The notes beneath the pieces were generated by a model, which was given only the letters and a program-made list of their open reading frames with translations, was not told the origin of the DNA and did not search any database. Below are positions 8,923 through 18,440 of a stretch of DNA of 64,000 nucleotides, in pieces (positions within the stretch are counted from its first letter, which is position 1; the number at the start of each line of letters is the position of its first letter). Made by a program: the position numbers and the translations under genes. The stretch is from the IMG/VR virus record IMGVR_UViG_3300031920_000373, positions 758-64,757 of that record. The stretch is one strand, 5' to 3'. The stretch is from a virus.

Positions 8923-8996
8923 TTGCTGTTTTAAGCGGCTTTTTTAATACTGATATCATAGTACTAAAAAACTTTAAAAAGCCGTTAAAACAGCAA
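8923..8996. repeat. Long imperfect inverted repeat with phased T/A tracts
   Basis: TTGCTGTTTTAAGCGGCTTTTTTAA ... TTTAAAAAGCCGTTAAAACAGCAA. Confidence 0.75.
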
Positions 8997-9065
8997 GGTT
9001 TTGACTCACAATTGATGGGTTTAATTAATATTGATCTATAAAGCAGAACAAAGGGAGATTTAAAA

Positions 9066-9398
9066 ATGGCAGAAGGAATTATCATGGGCAGAATGGACAA
9101 GGATTTGATTGATCATGGAATCCTGGCTGAAGGAGAGGTTGACAATGCCTCTCATGGAATAATCTTATTGAACCAATGGGCAATTCCACACTTTGATTGG
9201 GCCATAATAGTCAGAATAGGAGCGGTAAAAGTAAGTAAGACTACCTCAGAATACCTAATTGGAAGATTGAAGGAACTTTTGCCTGATCAAACTCGGGAAG
9301 TAATGATGCTCTGGCTAAACTATGGGTGGTCAATCAAAGAGGACATGCCTGATTGGCAGTGCTGGATTGACTTTTCCAAAATTGATTATAAATCGTAA
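9066..9398 (+). CDS. Hypothetical protein
   Basis: ORF with AAGGGAG SD. Confidence 0.7.
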   Translation: MAEGIIMGRMDKDLIDHGILAEGEVDNASHGIILLNQWAIPHFDWAIIVRIGAVKVSKTTSEYLIGRLKELLPDQTREVMMLWLNYGWSIKEDMPDWQCWIDFSKIDYKS

Positions 9399-9437
9399 AC
9401 CTAAATTAAGGGGGTATACCAAAAGGAAAACTATATA

Positions 9438-9499
9438 AGTTAAGGATTCTTATCAGGTAGCATAAATTGAGGTTTGTGCTACCGAATAAGGTGTTAACT
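9438..9499 (+). ncRNA. Conserved structured RNA hairpin, copy 2
   Basis: GGTAGCATAAA-TTGAGG-TTTGTGCTACC-GAATAAGG, with lower stem AGTTAA/TTAACT. Confidence 0.6.
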
Positions 9500-9516
9500 T
9501 TAAAAAGGAGGATGTT

Positions 9517-9741
9517 ATGGTTTCATTTCCAGGAATGAAAGGAATGATAAAGAGGAAGACTTCTTTTTACGACAGGGAGTTGCAAGGACTGGTACCAAAA
9601 AAGGGTATTAAACCTGAGATCAAGATCAAACTGGCAAATGAGGATAATAAATCCACTAAATGGATGAACCTTAATCTTGATAGTATTGAGAGCCTCCAGG
9701 CTTTCATTGACATAATCAAGGAAGACTTAGAAGGAGAGTAA
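9517..9741 (+). CDS. Hypothetical protein
   Basis: AGGAGG SD. Confidence 0.65.
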   Translation: MVSFPGMKGMIKRKTSFYDRELQGLVPKKGIKPEIKIKLANEDNKSTKWMNLNLDSIESLQAFIDIIKEDLEGE

Positions 9742-9929
9742 TGGCAGACGTATTCAAGGAATTAGAGGAGACTCATTCCCAAGGAGTTATCAGTATTGAA
9801 ACCGTTCCTGATATTGGTGTTATGAATGGTGATCTGGGAATCCAAATTGCACCCGATGGCCGTGTTTGGGTGTGCATTAATGGTATAGCATTCCTTAGGT
9901 TTAATCCAAATGTCAAATTGAAGGAGTAA
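9741..9929 (+). CDS. Hypothetical protein
   Basis: TAATG coupling to upstream gene. Confidence 0.65.
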   Translation: MADVFKELEETHSQGVISIETVPDIGVMNGDLGIQIAPDGRVWVCINGIAFLRFNPNVKLKE

Positions 9930-10107
9930 AAATTGCATATCTTCAAATTATTGAGGTGGTTATATTCTTATAGGTACCCCGTGGTGCCCCCAATTAAGGT
10001 TATGAATATCAAACCTAAAACAGGCATCTTGAATCGTAAACCAAATACCAATATCAAACAACCCACAAGTAGGGCAGGGTTTAAAAGAGGAAACAGGAGA
10101 AATTAAG

Positions 10108-10431
10108 ATGGAAAAACTGTTCGGAATGCAGAAGATGGAAAACATGACTGACCTTGAGTTTGCAAAATATCTCAAGGCTAAGGATCCAAATTGGACTTGG
10201 GATTCAATTAATGACTTTAACAGGTTCATGGCACATGGGAAGGTGGTTGCTGTTGTCAAGTACCATAACAGCTATCCCGTTGGAAGAGTGATCTGGGTTG
10301 AAATTGAAAAGAAAGTCAAGAAGGAACGAGAAAAGACAAATACGGACGGGTGTCCTGAATGTGGAAGACCTTTAAAGATGGTGGCAAGTGGAGTCAGGTG
10401 TGATGGTTGTGGGTATGCATTCTGTTTTTAA
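10108..10431 (+). CDS. Hypothetical protein with C-terminal zinc ribbon
   Basis: CPECG...CDGCG; AGGAG SD. Confidence 0.7.
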   Translation: MEKLFGMQKMENMTDLEFAKYLKAKDPNWTWDSINDFNRFMAHGKVVAVVKYHNSYPVGRVIWVEIEKKVKKEREKTNTDGCPECGRPLKMVASGVRCDGCGYAFCF

Positions 10432-10484
10432 TTAATTATAAGGTGATATGATTTAAGGATCGTATCGCCGAATAAGGAATTAAA
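10428..10484 (+). ncRNA. Conserved structured RNA hairpin, copy 3
   Basis: GGTGATATGAT-TTAAGG-ATCGTATCGCC-GAATAAGG, with lower stem TTTAATT/AATTAAA. Confidence 0.6.
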
Positions 10485-10503
10485 TTATATTTTTTAAAGG
10501 ATA

Positions 10504-10538
10504 TTGACTATTACGTTTTTTTATGTAATAATGTGTAT
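10504..10538 (+). promoter_or_regulatory. Class I (early-type) promoter
   Basis: TTGACT-N17-AATAAT with conserved TTATGTAATAATGTGTAT. Confidence 0.75.
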
Positions 10539-10581
10539 GTAGGATGAAGTTTGAGTAACCGCTCATAAAAAGGAGGCAAAT

Positions 10582-11745
10582 ATGCCCACCTATGAAGCAA
10601 AGGTAAGTGATTACAAGTGGACCAAATTCAAAAAAAAGTTCAAGGATTACAAAAAGAGGGCTGAAAAACTTGGCTTTCCTGAACCTACTTACAAGATCAT
10701 CAAAGATTTTGGAGAGCCTGCAAAGGGTTGTACTCCTCTTTCCCATGTTTATCGTTTCAGGATTCTTGAAATTACCTATGAAATGCCGATCATTGATGGC
10801 TGGGAAGTAGTAGGAAACAGAGAGAGAATTGACGGGAAAATCTTTACCAACGTAGTAACGGGTGATGATTGCACTAACTTTCATAAATCAGATCTAATAG
10901 GGTGCGGTCATTGCCATACAAATCGGTATAGGAACAAGTCAATCTTGCTGAAAAACAAAGTAGATACCATTATGGAAGTTGGATCTACATGTGTAATTGA
11001 CTTTTTTGGACACAAAGTAACCAACCTTGATTGGTTCGTGGAAAGGCTCTTTGAAGGTAATGAGTGGAGCAACGTCGGCGGTGGAACATATAGTTTCAAT
11101 CTTGAGCAGGTTCTTGAATATGCATCATTCTATATACGAAAATTCGGCTATCAAAAGGCCAGCGGAGAAGGTGAAGGAACATACAATACCAAAGAAAGAG
11201 TTTGGGATTGTCACCTTGAACCTCATTTCAGGAGTACACAATTTATCAAACCTGATGTGTCCGTGGAAGATGAAAAAATGGCTCTTGATACGATATGTCA
11301 CTGGAAGGGGATGAATGCTGAGGAGAATTACTCCAATTCATATATTACCAATCTGATAAAAATTTCCCAGGAAGAAACAATGAATCCCAAATTACTTGGG
11401 TATGCAGTATCAATGGCATCCTCTTATCAAATGTATCTGGAAAAAAGGGCCGCAATGAATGCTCGTATTCAGCTTTCCAAATATCAAGGACAGATCAAAG
11501 ACAGAATAAAGGGTGTTCCTGTCAAGCTGACATTCAAGAAGGGATGGGAAACAATGTTCGGATGGACTGACCTGATGTCATTCACTGACCTTGATGGAAA
11601 CGTGTATGTCACATTCTATAAAGGAACAAAGTCAACTCCCGAACAAGGACAGAACATTGTACTTGATGGCACCATTGTTGATCATACGGAATATAAAAAC
11701 GTGGAACAAACAATCGTTAACAGAATAGCCTGGAGGAAAGTTTAA
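10582..11745 (+). CDS. Phage protein with Cys pair (CGHC) and C-terminal OB-fold-like domain
   Basis: 387 aa; beta-rich C-terminus (SFTDLDGNVYVTFY...IVLDGTIVDHTEYKNVEQTIVNR). Confidence 0.6.
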   Translation: MPTYEAKVSDYKWTKFKKKFKDYKKRAEKLGFPEPTYKIIKDFGEPAKGCTPLSHVYRFRILEITYEMPIIDGWEVVGNRERIDGKIFTNVVTGDDCTNFHKSDLIGCGHCHTNRYRNKSILLKNKVDTIMEVGSTCVIDFFGHKVTNLDWFVERLFEGNEWSNVGGGTYSFNLEQVLEYASFYIRKFGYQKASGEGEGTYNTKERVWDCHLEPHFRSTQFIKPDVSVEDEKMALDTICHWKGMNAEENYSNSYITNLIKISQEETMNPKLLGYAVSMASSYQMYLEKRAAMNARIQLSKYQGQIKDRIKGVPVKLTFKKGWETMFGWTDLMSFTDLDGNVYVTFYKGTKSTPEQGQNIVLDGTIVDHTEYKNVEQTIVNRIAWRKV

Positions 11746-12173
11746 TGCCTGTATCCAAACGCCAAACAACCTTATATAATAAGGCAGATAGAGTGGAACA
11801 AGCCATACGTGATTGCTTCCAAAGAACAATAACTTACCATGCATCATTCGATCAGTATCTGGAGTGGAGTAAAAAGACATATGAACATCCTGACAGGAAA
11901 GGATTGACTTCTTACTATGTGGGATATTTACATGGTGTCTCCTCAACCCTCTTTGACCATATTCAAAGGGATTGTGTGGAATGGATGATGTATTACACCA
12001 ACAGAAGGGGCAGGGTCGTTTATGTCCGAAGATGGGAAAGGTTGCCGGCGTATATCAAAGACTCTGGAAACTTTAACGGGAATCACTTCTGGAAAAACAA
12101 AAGAGGACATAAACGAACTGGGAATCCTAAACCTTTCGGGAATAGTCCTTCTAAAGGAGTTGGAAGAAAATGA
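11745..12173 (+). CDS. Hypothetical protein
   Basis: Translationally coupled ORF. Confidence 0.7.
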   Translation: MPVSKRQTTLYNKADRVEQAIRDCFQRTITYHASFDQYLEWSKKTYEHPDRKGLTSYYVGYLHGVSSTLFDHIQRDCVEWMMYYTNRRGRVVYVRRWERLPAYIKDSGNFNGNHFWKNKRGHKRTGNPKPFGNSPSKGVGRK

Positions 12174-12619
12174 AATCCAATATCATCTACTTTGGGAAAG
12201 AGGTAGTTTTGAGTTGTGATGGTGAATGTTCCAAAGCATGGGGCAGGAACTGGCATGGTAAGAAATGTGGGGAAGCTCCTTCAGACCCCGGCATATACGA
12301 AGGGAGTAATGCGAAACCTACCGATAAAACACACAATAAATGGTGTGCAAGATCGTGTGAAAGGTCACACTTGATTGGTACGAAACCCCTGGACAGTGTA
12401 GCAGGAGTGAAGGAATGTATCAACACTATTTATGGTGATACATTCCTAACTCCTGATATTGTAATGCCTGATCCTTGGGTATCCTGTGTTTGGATAGCAA
12501 TTGACACCAAGAAAGAAAAGGCAATCGTTGTGTATCTTAAAGAAGAGGGTGCCGAAGAAGTGCCTTATAAAGGTGCTGATTACCAAAACTATTTATCAAT
12601 AAGAGGGAATAATGAATAG
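12170..12619 (+). CDS. Hypothetical Cys-containing protein
   Basis: 4-bp overlap, GGAAG SD. Confidence 0.65.
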   Translation: MKSNIIYFGKEVVLSCDGECSKAWGRNWHGKKCGEAPSDPGIYEGSNAKPTDKTHNKWCARSCERSHLIGTKPLDSVAGVKECINTIYGDTFLTPDIVMPDPWVSCVWIAIDTKKEKAIVVYLKEEGAEEVPYKGADYQNYLSIRGNNE

Positions 12620-13046
12620 ATACCTTGATCTAAAAAAACAACAGGAAACGGAATTTAATGCATTCCCAATGTTCTTTGCCTTTAACAAGGAACAGTTTGC
12701 AGATGGAATGAAAAAACTGGGACTGCTTCCTGATCAGCTTGACATGATCTATAAATTTAATGGTGGTGGATATTACAGAAGGTCCGATGCTAAGGACTTT
12801 CATGCTCTCCTCGGGAGACACACAGAGGAAGTGGAGGACGCCATCGTTGCTGATATTAAGGGTGATGGTTATATCTATGAAATGTTCAGGTATGAACTTG
12901 CCAATCATGAATATGGGTATACCTGTGACGATTCTGATACCCTTAATGCGCTGGGGTTGTCCCTGGAAGAGATTGAGGCAAATCCCGCTCTTAAAGAAGG
13001 ATTGAAGAATGCCAAAATAACCTGTCATTCTGAATTTATAGGATAA
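12612..13046 (+). CDS. Hypothetical mobile-element/phage-type protein
   Basis: FPMFFAFNKEQF and YEMFRYELANHEYGYT segments; coupled ORF. Confidence 0.65.
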   Translation: MNRYLDLKKQQETEFNAFPMFFAFNKEQFADGMKKLGLLPDQLDMIYKFNGGGYYRRSDAKDFHALLGRHTEEVEDAIVADIKGDGYIYEMFRYELANHEYGYTCDDSDTLNALGLSLEEIEANPALKEGLKNAKITCHSEFIG

Positions 13047-13058
13047 GGGGGTTCTACA

Positions 13059-13433
13059 ATGAAGGATTTTAATGGAAACGTATTGAAACGGGATGATACT
13101 GTGGTGTTTGCTGATAGCAAAGGGAAGTTATTATTAGGAAAAATAGATTGCCTACGTAAAGATAACATTGGCATAATCAGTGAACAATCCGCTGGAAACA
13201 TCACTTACTGGAGAAAGGAAAAAGAGATAGTAAAAATCATTGAGATTCCCCAGGTGGAGAAAATATACATAAAAGCTGACATGTATCCCACTGGTTGTGA
13301 GCCTGAATGTTTGATCCACGAAGATGAAAAGGGAACTTATTACCTCAGGGATGATGTAAATAAATGGAGAAAGAAAAAATACAATCCTCTAAGGGTATCA
13401 AAGAAATTGCGGGAGGAAAAATTAAGTGACTAA
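13059..13433 (+). CDS. Hypothetical protein
   Basis: AAGGGGG SD. Confidence 0.65.
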   Translation: MKDFNGNVLKRDDTVVFADSKGKLLLGKIDCLRKDNIGIISEQSAGNITYWRKEKEIVKIIEIPQVEKIYIKADMYPTGCEPECLIHEDEKGTYYLRDDVNKWRKKKYNPLRVSKKLREEKLSD

Positions 13434-13587
13434 AACAGAAAAGGTAATCATGTGTGTTATCATAGTTCTGGTAATGCTTTCTATTACCATGATAAGTTAT
13501 TCCATTATTACAATCAAAAGGCACGGAGGCGTTAATCGGGTCATTATTGAAACGGGAAAAGAAATCATAACCATCAAAAAGCCATAG
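13426..13587 (+). CDS. Small membrane protein (53 aa)
   Basis: Manual translation from GTG, GGAGG SD; hydrophobic VIMCVIIVLVMLSITMISYSII. Confidence 0.5.
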   Translation: MTKTEKVIMCVIIVLVMLSITMISYSIITIKRHGGVNRVIIETGKEIITIKKP

Positions 13588-13608
13588 AAAAAAGTTGAAA
13601 AAAAACTC

Positions 13609-13646
13609 TTGACAGGTTACGTATTTTTATGTAATAATGTGTATAG
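13609..13646 (+). promoter_or_regulatory. Class I promoter
   Basis: TTGACA...TTTTATGTAATAATGTGTATA. Confidence 0.75.
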
Positions 13647-13684
13647 TTGAGTATGGAACAAATCATAAGAAAAGGAGATCGAAA

Positions 13685-14539
13685 ATGTCCGATAAAGTTT
13701 ATACAATTTTACAGGAAAAGATTTTGCAGAAACTTGCCGAGGGAGTTATTCCTTGGAAGAAAAATTGGAACGAATGCGGTGGGTTTCCCAAGAACATCAT
13801 TTCCAATAAAGCTTACAAAGGTTTCAACCACATCATGCTTATCTGCCAGGGATTTGCATCCCCTTACTGGATGACCTTTAATCAGATCAAACAGCTTAAA
13901 GGTAAGTTGAAAGAGGGTGAAGGTAAGAACTATGCCATTATCACTTACTGGAAGTTGCTCAAGAGTGAAGACAAGGAAACGGGTAAAGAAAAGAGTTTCC
14001 CAATGATCAGATATTACCGAGTTTACAACTTGGATCAAACTGAGGGGATCACTCCTAAATGGAAAGTTGAAATTCCAAAGTATAATAATGACCCAATTGA
14101 AAATTGTGAACGGATGCTGGCCGAAATGAGGGAACCCGCCGAAATCATATGGGGAATGAAACCCTGTTATATCTCTGCCAAAGATAAAATCGGAATGCCT
14201 GAAATGGATCAATTCAAAACTGCCAGTGATTTCTATGATGCCTTGTTTCATGAAACCGCACATAGCACCAAATCAATGCAAAGGATGAATCGTGACAAAC
14301 ATTCCTATGCCAAAGAGGAATTGATTGCTGAAATGACATCTTGCTTCCTGTGCGGAATGGCTGGAATTAATCAAGCTGTTATAGACAACCAGGCCGCTTA
14401 CTTAAAAGGATGGGTGGAAAAGATTAAAGGCGAAAACGTAAAGATGATCGTCCAGGCGGCCAGTGAGGCTCAGAAAATTAGTGACTGGATACTTAATATA
14501 AACGAATTTACCGAAATGAAAAAGGGGGCAGCGGCTTGA
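13685..14539 (+). CDS. ardC: ArdC-family antirestriction / ssDNA-binding protein with zincin-like domain
   Basis: N-term YTILQEKILQKLAEGVIPWKKNW, YKGFNHIML, WMTFNQIKQLKG; HETAHST (HExxH) and EELIAE; start refined to ATG after AAGGAG. Confidence 0.88.
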   Translation: MSDKVYTILQEKILQKLAEGVIPWKKNWNECGGFPKNIISNKAYKGFNHIMLICQGFASPYWMTFNQIKQLKGKLKEGEGKNYAIITYWKLLKSEDKETGKEKSFPMIRYYRVYNLDQTEGITPKWKVEIPKYNNDPIENCERMLAEMREPAEIIWGMKPCYISAKDKIGMPEMDQFKTASDFYDALFHETAHSTKSMQRMNRDKHSYAKEELIAEMTSCFLCGMAGINQAVIDNQAAYLKGWVEKIKGENVKMIVQAASEAQKISDWILNINEFTEMKKGAAA

Positions 14540-14655
14540 GTCCTATTTTAGTTATCCTGGGGATTGTTGGGGCACTTGTTGCCTCAGCATTCATCCTCAT
14601 TTACGTAGTTGCCACCGCCAATGACGATATAGACTTTATCCTATAAGGAGTAGCT

Positions 14656-15039
14656 TTGAAGGAATTTAATAACATTCAAATCACTGTCCTAAGAAAGGAC
14701 ATGGAGACGGCCTTAAAAGAGGTAGCCAATAAACATGACATCATTATCAACTTGGGAAGGATTACGTATTCCTCCTTTGAATGTCGCGGAAGTTTTACCA
14801 GTGTATGCCAGAAGGATGAGAAAGAGAATATTATCTCTCCAATGGAAAAGGCATACATTGATAGACAGAAATCATCATCAGGAATGTTAAATCTGGGTGA
14901 TACTTTTGAGAGCCGGCGGAGTACTTATACCATCGCTGGATGGAAACCGAAGAATACAAAGTATCCTTTGATTGCAAATAATGAAGTTGGTCAATCCTAT
15001 AAATTCGCTGGGAGGTTTGCAATTAAAGATGGCTACTAA
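14656..15039 (+). CDS. Hypothetical phage protein
   Basis: AAGGAG SD, TTG start. Confidence 0.65.
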   Translation: MKEFNNIQITVLRKDMETALKEVANKHDIIINLGRITYSSFECRGSFTSVCQKDEKENIISPMEKAYIDRQKSSSGMLNLGDTFESRRSTYTIAGWKPKNTKYPLIANNEVGQSYKFAGRFAIKDGY

Positions 15040-15214
15040 GGTAAAAAGTAAATGTTGGTTTTGCAAGACTTCCGTTGTGTTGGTACTGAAAACTCCTGAA
15101 AAATACAAAGGAAACGATACGGAATACTATATATGTACTTCTTGCAATGCCGCAAATTCAACTGGTAGAGTAGATGGTGAAATCAAATCAGGTAAATCAA
15201 AAAGGGTGATCTAA
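15029..15214 (+). CDS. Small zinc-finger protein
   Basis: CWFC...CTSC; start refined. Confidence 0.55.
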   Translation: MATKVKSKCWFCKTSVVLVLKTPEKYKGNDTEYYICTSCNAANSTGRVDGEIKSGKSKRVI

Positions 15215-15435
15215 TGGATCTCAAAACTGCTAAGGGACTAAAACAGGGGCAGGAAATCTGGCACAAGACTTTAAAGAACGCGGATGGTACGGCCAGAAAG
15301 GCAAAAGTCACATCTGTTAAAACCTGGAAAACAAGACCAGATGAAGTTCTCGTAAATACCAAACGAGGCCTTTATGAATATGGTGCTGTTGATGAAAAGG
15401 AAATACATCTTATTACCAACGTGAAGCCCAAGTAA
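15214..15435 (+). CDS. Hypothetical protein
   Basis: TAATG coupling. Confidence 0.65.
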   Translation: MDLKTAKGLKQGQEIWHKTLKNADGTARKAKVTSVKTWKTRPDEVLVNTKRGLYEYGAVDEKEIHLITNVKPK

Positions 15436-15446
15436 GGTTCGCTGTA

Positions 15447-15522
15447 TTTTGTCTATTTTAGATCGTTTTGAATTGTTTGATAGTATGACATTCAAATAAT
15501 TCAAAACGATGTAAAAGTGACA
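15447..15522. repeat. Long imperfect inverted repeat with phased T/A tracts
   Basis: TTTTAGATCGTTTTGAATTGTTTGA-N11-TCAAATAATTCAAAACGATGTAAAA. Confidence 0.75.
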
Positions 15523-15705
15523 AGGTTTCAACTCAAAATCGAAAGGATATAACATTATGAAAAGACTTTTTGAACGGTTTAGAAAACAATGTGAGGTGTG
15601 CTGTTGTTATTCAGGAAATGCAGAAGGGGAAGAAATTGATCCTGATAATGAATGTTCTTTGGGCCATAATATCACAGGTAACACAGAATGTGAGGATTTT
15701 TCAGA

Positions 15706-15930
15706 ATGAGTGATAGTACCGAAAAAGTAGAAAAGGCTATTGACCTAATTGAGCAAGCAAGGGAATTGATGAATGATGTGGTATCGGGACCATTAGCAGA
15801 TTACCGAATATGTTCTGAATACTACGCCTATGGTGAGTTTGGTATCCGACAAGCTGGGGGGGGGAAAGGAAATCCCAATGATGGTAAGTTACAGGACATC
15901 ATAGACAAACTGGAAGAGGAGGGACTTTGA
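15706..15930 (+). CDS. Hypothetical protein
   Basis: ORF track, coupled. Confidence 0.6.
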   Translation: MSDSTEKVEKAIDLIEQARELMNDVVSGPLADYRICSEYYAYGEFGIRQAGGGKGNPNDGKLQDIIDKLEEEGL

Positions 15931-16142
15931 AGGATTATAAAAAGAAGTATTACAGGGTGCTTACTACCTTGTGGGTAGTTATGATAATTGGTGGTATCTT
16001 CCTTTGGAACATTCACAGCACTCTGGATGAAATTGATCAGGAGATTGTTAAAATGGAACAAAGGAAGGAACAAGAACTCATCCAGGCATATCATGATGCC
16101 GGATGGTTACCTTACGAAAAAACAAAAAGGAATAAAAAATGA
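15927..16142 (+). CDS. Single-pass membrane protein
   Basis: Hydrophobic VLTTLWVVMIIGGIFLWNI. Confidence 0.6.
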   Translation: MKDYKKKYYRVLTTLWVVMIIGGIFLWNIHSTLDEIDQEIVKMEQRKEQELIQAYHDAGWLPYEKTKRNKK

Positions 16143-16402
16143 AATTCGATTTTTATGCAGATCCGGGACATGGATGGGTAAAGGTCCCAAAAAAACTACT
16201 AAAAACACTGGTAATTGAAAAGGATATTAGTACCTTTTCTTACATGAAGGGAGTTAATGCTTACCTTGAAGAAGACGGGGATCTTAAAAAATTCCTTGAT
16301 GCAATGAAGATAGCCGGAAAGATTGTTGAGTTCAGAGAACACCACACCGATAAGTCATCTAAAATCAGAAATTATAGAACCTATAATAAAAATGAAGAAT
16401 AA
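16139..16402 (+). CDS. Conserved phage/plasmid-type protein (DPGHGW motif)
   Basis: FYADPGHGWVKV ... AYLEEDGD. Confidence 0.7.
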   Translation: MKFDFYADPGHGWVKVPKKLLKTLVIEKDISTFSYMKGVNAYLEEDGDLKKFLDAMKIAGKIVEFREHHTDKSSKIRNYRTYNKNEE

Positions 16403-16578
16403 AATTTAGGATTAATAGTGCCAGGAAAATTGATCCCAAATATAACATATTTACATCTGGCATAGAATTGCCTGGATAATTAACGAACACGTAAAGGAGG
16501 AGTGAATGAATTGGACGATCAGAAGAATAAACCCTAATTGGGGGAGGGGGTGTTTCGCTCCCTCTCCCGGAGATTCCT

Positions 16579-17154
16579 ATGGATAACGAAGGACACAAAG
16601 ATTCTATAATAAATAAGGGCACTATATCCTGTAGAAGTGATTCAACCAAATGCAATATATCCCAAATAAGCAAAAACGAAGGATACAAAAAAGGACAGAT
16701 GGTTATGATAGTGGGGTCAGGTCGTGGTACAAGTGATATCCATGAAAGAGTCAAGGAACATGTTAAACAAATGCAGAAAGACATGGATAAAATGAAAGTT
16801 ACCCTGATTAATCTCGGTGAAGCGGGCAGAGCGGGAGCATCCGCTGGACTTGCATTATCAGAAGCCTTAAAAAAGATGCACCTTATTTGTCCTGATGATA
16901 TGATCCACGTTATGGACAATATGGATTTCAGCAAAGTGGAGCAAACCGTTCTTGACTCATTTGGAGGGTATGGGGGTCCTAAATTTCCTGGACGATGCTA
17001 TGATGAATCAGGTCCTATTTCAAAGAAGGCATATAAAAAATTAAAACAACTGGCAAAGAAGAGGGACAGGGCTAACGCAAGAAGCCACAAACAAGATCAA
17101 ACAGACCGTTGGTGTAATAAATGGGATAAAAAAATAAAAAGGAAACTGAAATGA
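16579..17154 (+). CDS. Hypothetical protein
   Basis: GGAG SD. Confidence 0.6.
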   Translation: MDNEGHKDSIINKGTISCRSDSTKCNISQISKNEGYKKGQMVMIVGSGRGTSDIHERVKEHVKQMQKDMDKMKVTLINLGEAGRAGASAGLALSEALKKMHLICPDDMIHVMDNMDFSKVEQTVLDSFGGYGGPKFPGRCYDESGPISKKAYKKLKQLAKKRDRANARSHKQDQTDRWCNKWDKKIKRKLK

Positions 17155-17714
17155 AATTAATGCAGGATTTTATTATCATATACGCGGTTGGGTGTTTGTT
17201 TTCATGGGGGTGCCTTTATTTCTGTATAATGATTGGAGGACAGGAAAAGTTAAAATCACCTGTGATACGTTTGGGTGCAAGTCTTTCCTGGTTGGTAGTC
17301 ATTTACTTTTTCATTCTCCTAATCAGGGGATATTTTATAAAAAAGGCAGAAAATAATAAAATAAAAGAGTTTGAAGGTGGAGGGATTGTACCAAAATTAT
17401 CTAATGCGGAAATGATAAAAGAGACCATTGATAATTACTGGGTGTATGCTGTTGGGGATGATTTGTTTGATCAAAATGCATCCTTGCCTATCAAAGATTC
17501 TCCTCTTTGTGTCGTTTACTATTATACTGAAAGGAGAAGTACCTGTGAATCGTGTCCTATTCATAAATTAGGATTTGGATGCACATTACAGGGATCACTG
17601 TGGAGCAAATATGCCGCTATGTGTGGCACAGGCACTCCAAGACAGGATATGGCTATTAAAATGGCAAGACTGTTTGAAAGTATATATAAGGAAGAACTTT
17701 TAGGTAGAAAATAG
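17151..17714 (+). CDS. Membrane-anchored protein with Cys cluster
   Basis: Two N-terminal hydrophobic segments; C...CESCP...C. Confidence 0.6.
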   Translation: MKLMQDFIIIYAVGCLFSWGCLYFCIMIGGQEKLKSPVIRLGASLSWLVVIYFFILLIRGYFIKKAENNKIKEFEGGGIVPKLSNAEMIKETIDNYWVYAVGDDLFDQNASLPIKDSPLCVVYYYTERRSTCESCPIHKLGFGCTLQGSLWSKYAAMCGTGTPRQDMAIKMARLFESIYKEELLGRK

Positions 17715-17717
17715 TTA

Positions 17718-17752
17718 TTGACTTTTACGTTTTTTTATGTAATAATGTGTAT
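17718..17752 (+). promoter_or_regulatory. Class I promoter
   Basis: TTGACT-N17-AATAAT with TTATGTAATAATGTGTATA. Confidence 0.75.
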
Positions 17753-17778
17753 ACATAATAAAACAAAGGAGTCACACA

Positions 17779-17982
17779 ATGAACAAGATCACGGGCAAGT
17801 TTACGGGCACCGCATATTTTAACAGCAAGTCACAAGCCATAGCCTACTACGCCAAGCAAGATACCGACAAACAATCTGTGGAAACATACATAAAGGAGGA
17901 TCTGATTCACATCGGTCCTCCTAAAGGTGTTTCTGAGCTTGATCTGGAAATTGACGTTGACGGCAGATATTGGAGGAAATAA
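17779..17982 (+). CDS. Hypothetical protein
   Basis: AAGGAG SD after class I promoter. Confidence 0.7.
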   Translation: MNKITGKFTGTAYFNSKSQAIAYYAKQDTDKQSVETYIKEDLIHIGPPKGVSELDLEIDVDGRYWRK

Positions 17983-18152
17983 TGGATCTTTTCGGAATGT
18001 TCGATAAATACAAAAACCGGATAGTTGTCATTGTTCTATTGCTTGTCCCGTACTATTTTCGTGAAGGTTTTTATCATTTTTTAACGTTTTAAAGATTTTG
18101 TATAGTAGACATTGCTTTTTACTTAAAACACGCTTAAAAGATAGATTTTGAA

Positions 18153-18440
18153 ATGCCAAAAATTAATAAAAACACGGACCTAAAGCCTTTAGAGGAGTTC
18201 TTCTTGGGCAAGGGAACAATTGAAATATTTCCTTTACCTGGAAAAAAATTAAATGTATCTGATTTAGGCGAATATTATCATTGGATTAAATTAGATCAAG
18301 CTCCTCCATTTCATATTGAATGTAAGGATGTGAAATGTCCAATCTGTGAAATGCTGAAACCTAAAACAAGATGGCAGAAATTTAAAATAAGGATATCAAA
18401 ATTATGGAAACACTTGAATCCCTTCACGCAAACACCTTAA
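18153..18440 (+). CDS. Hypothetical protein
   Basis: ORF track; CKDVKCPIC. Confidence 0.5.
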   Translation: MPKINKNTDLKPLEEFFLGKGTIEIFPLPGKKLNVSDLGEYYHWIKLDQAPPFHIECKDVKCPICEMLKPKTRWQKFKIRISKLWKHLNPFTQTP

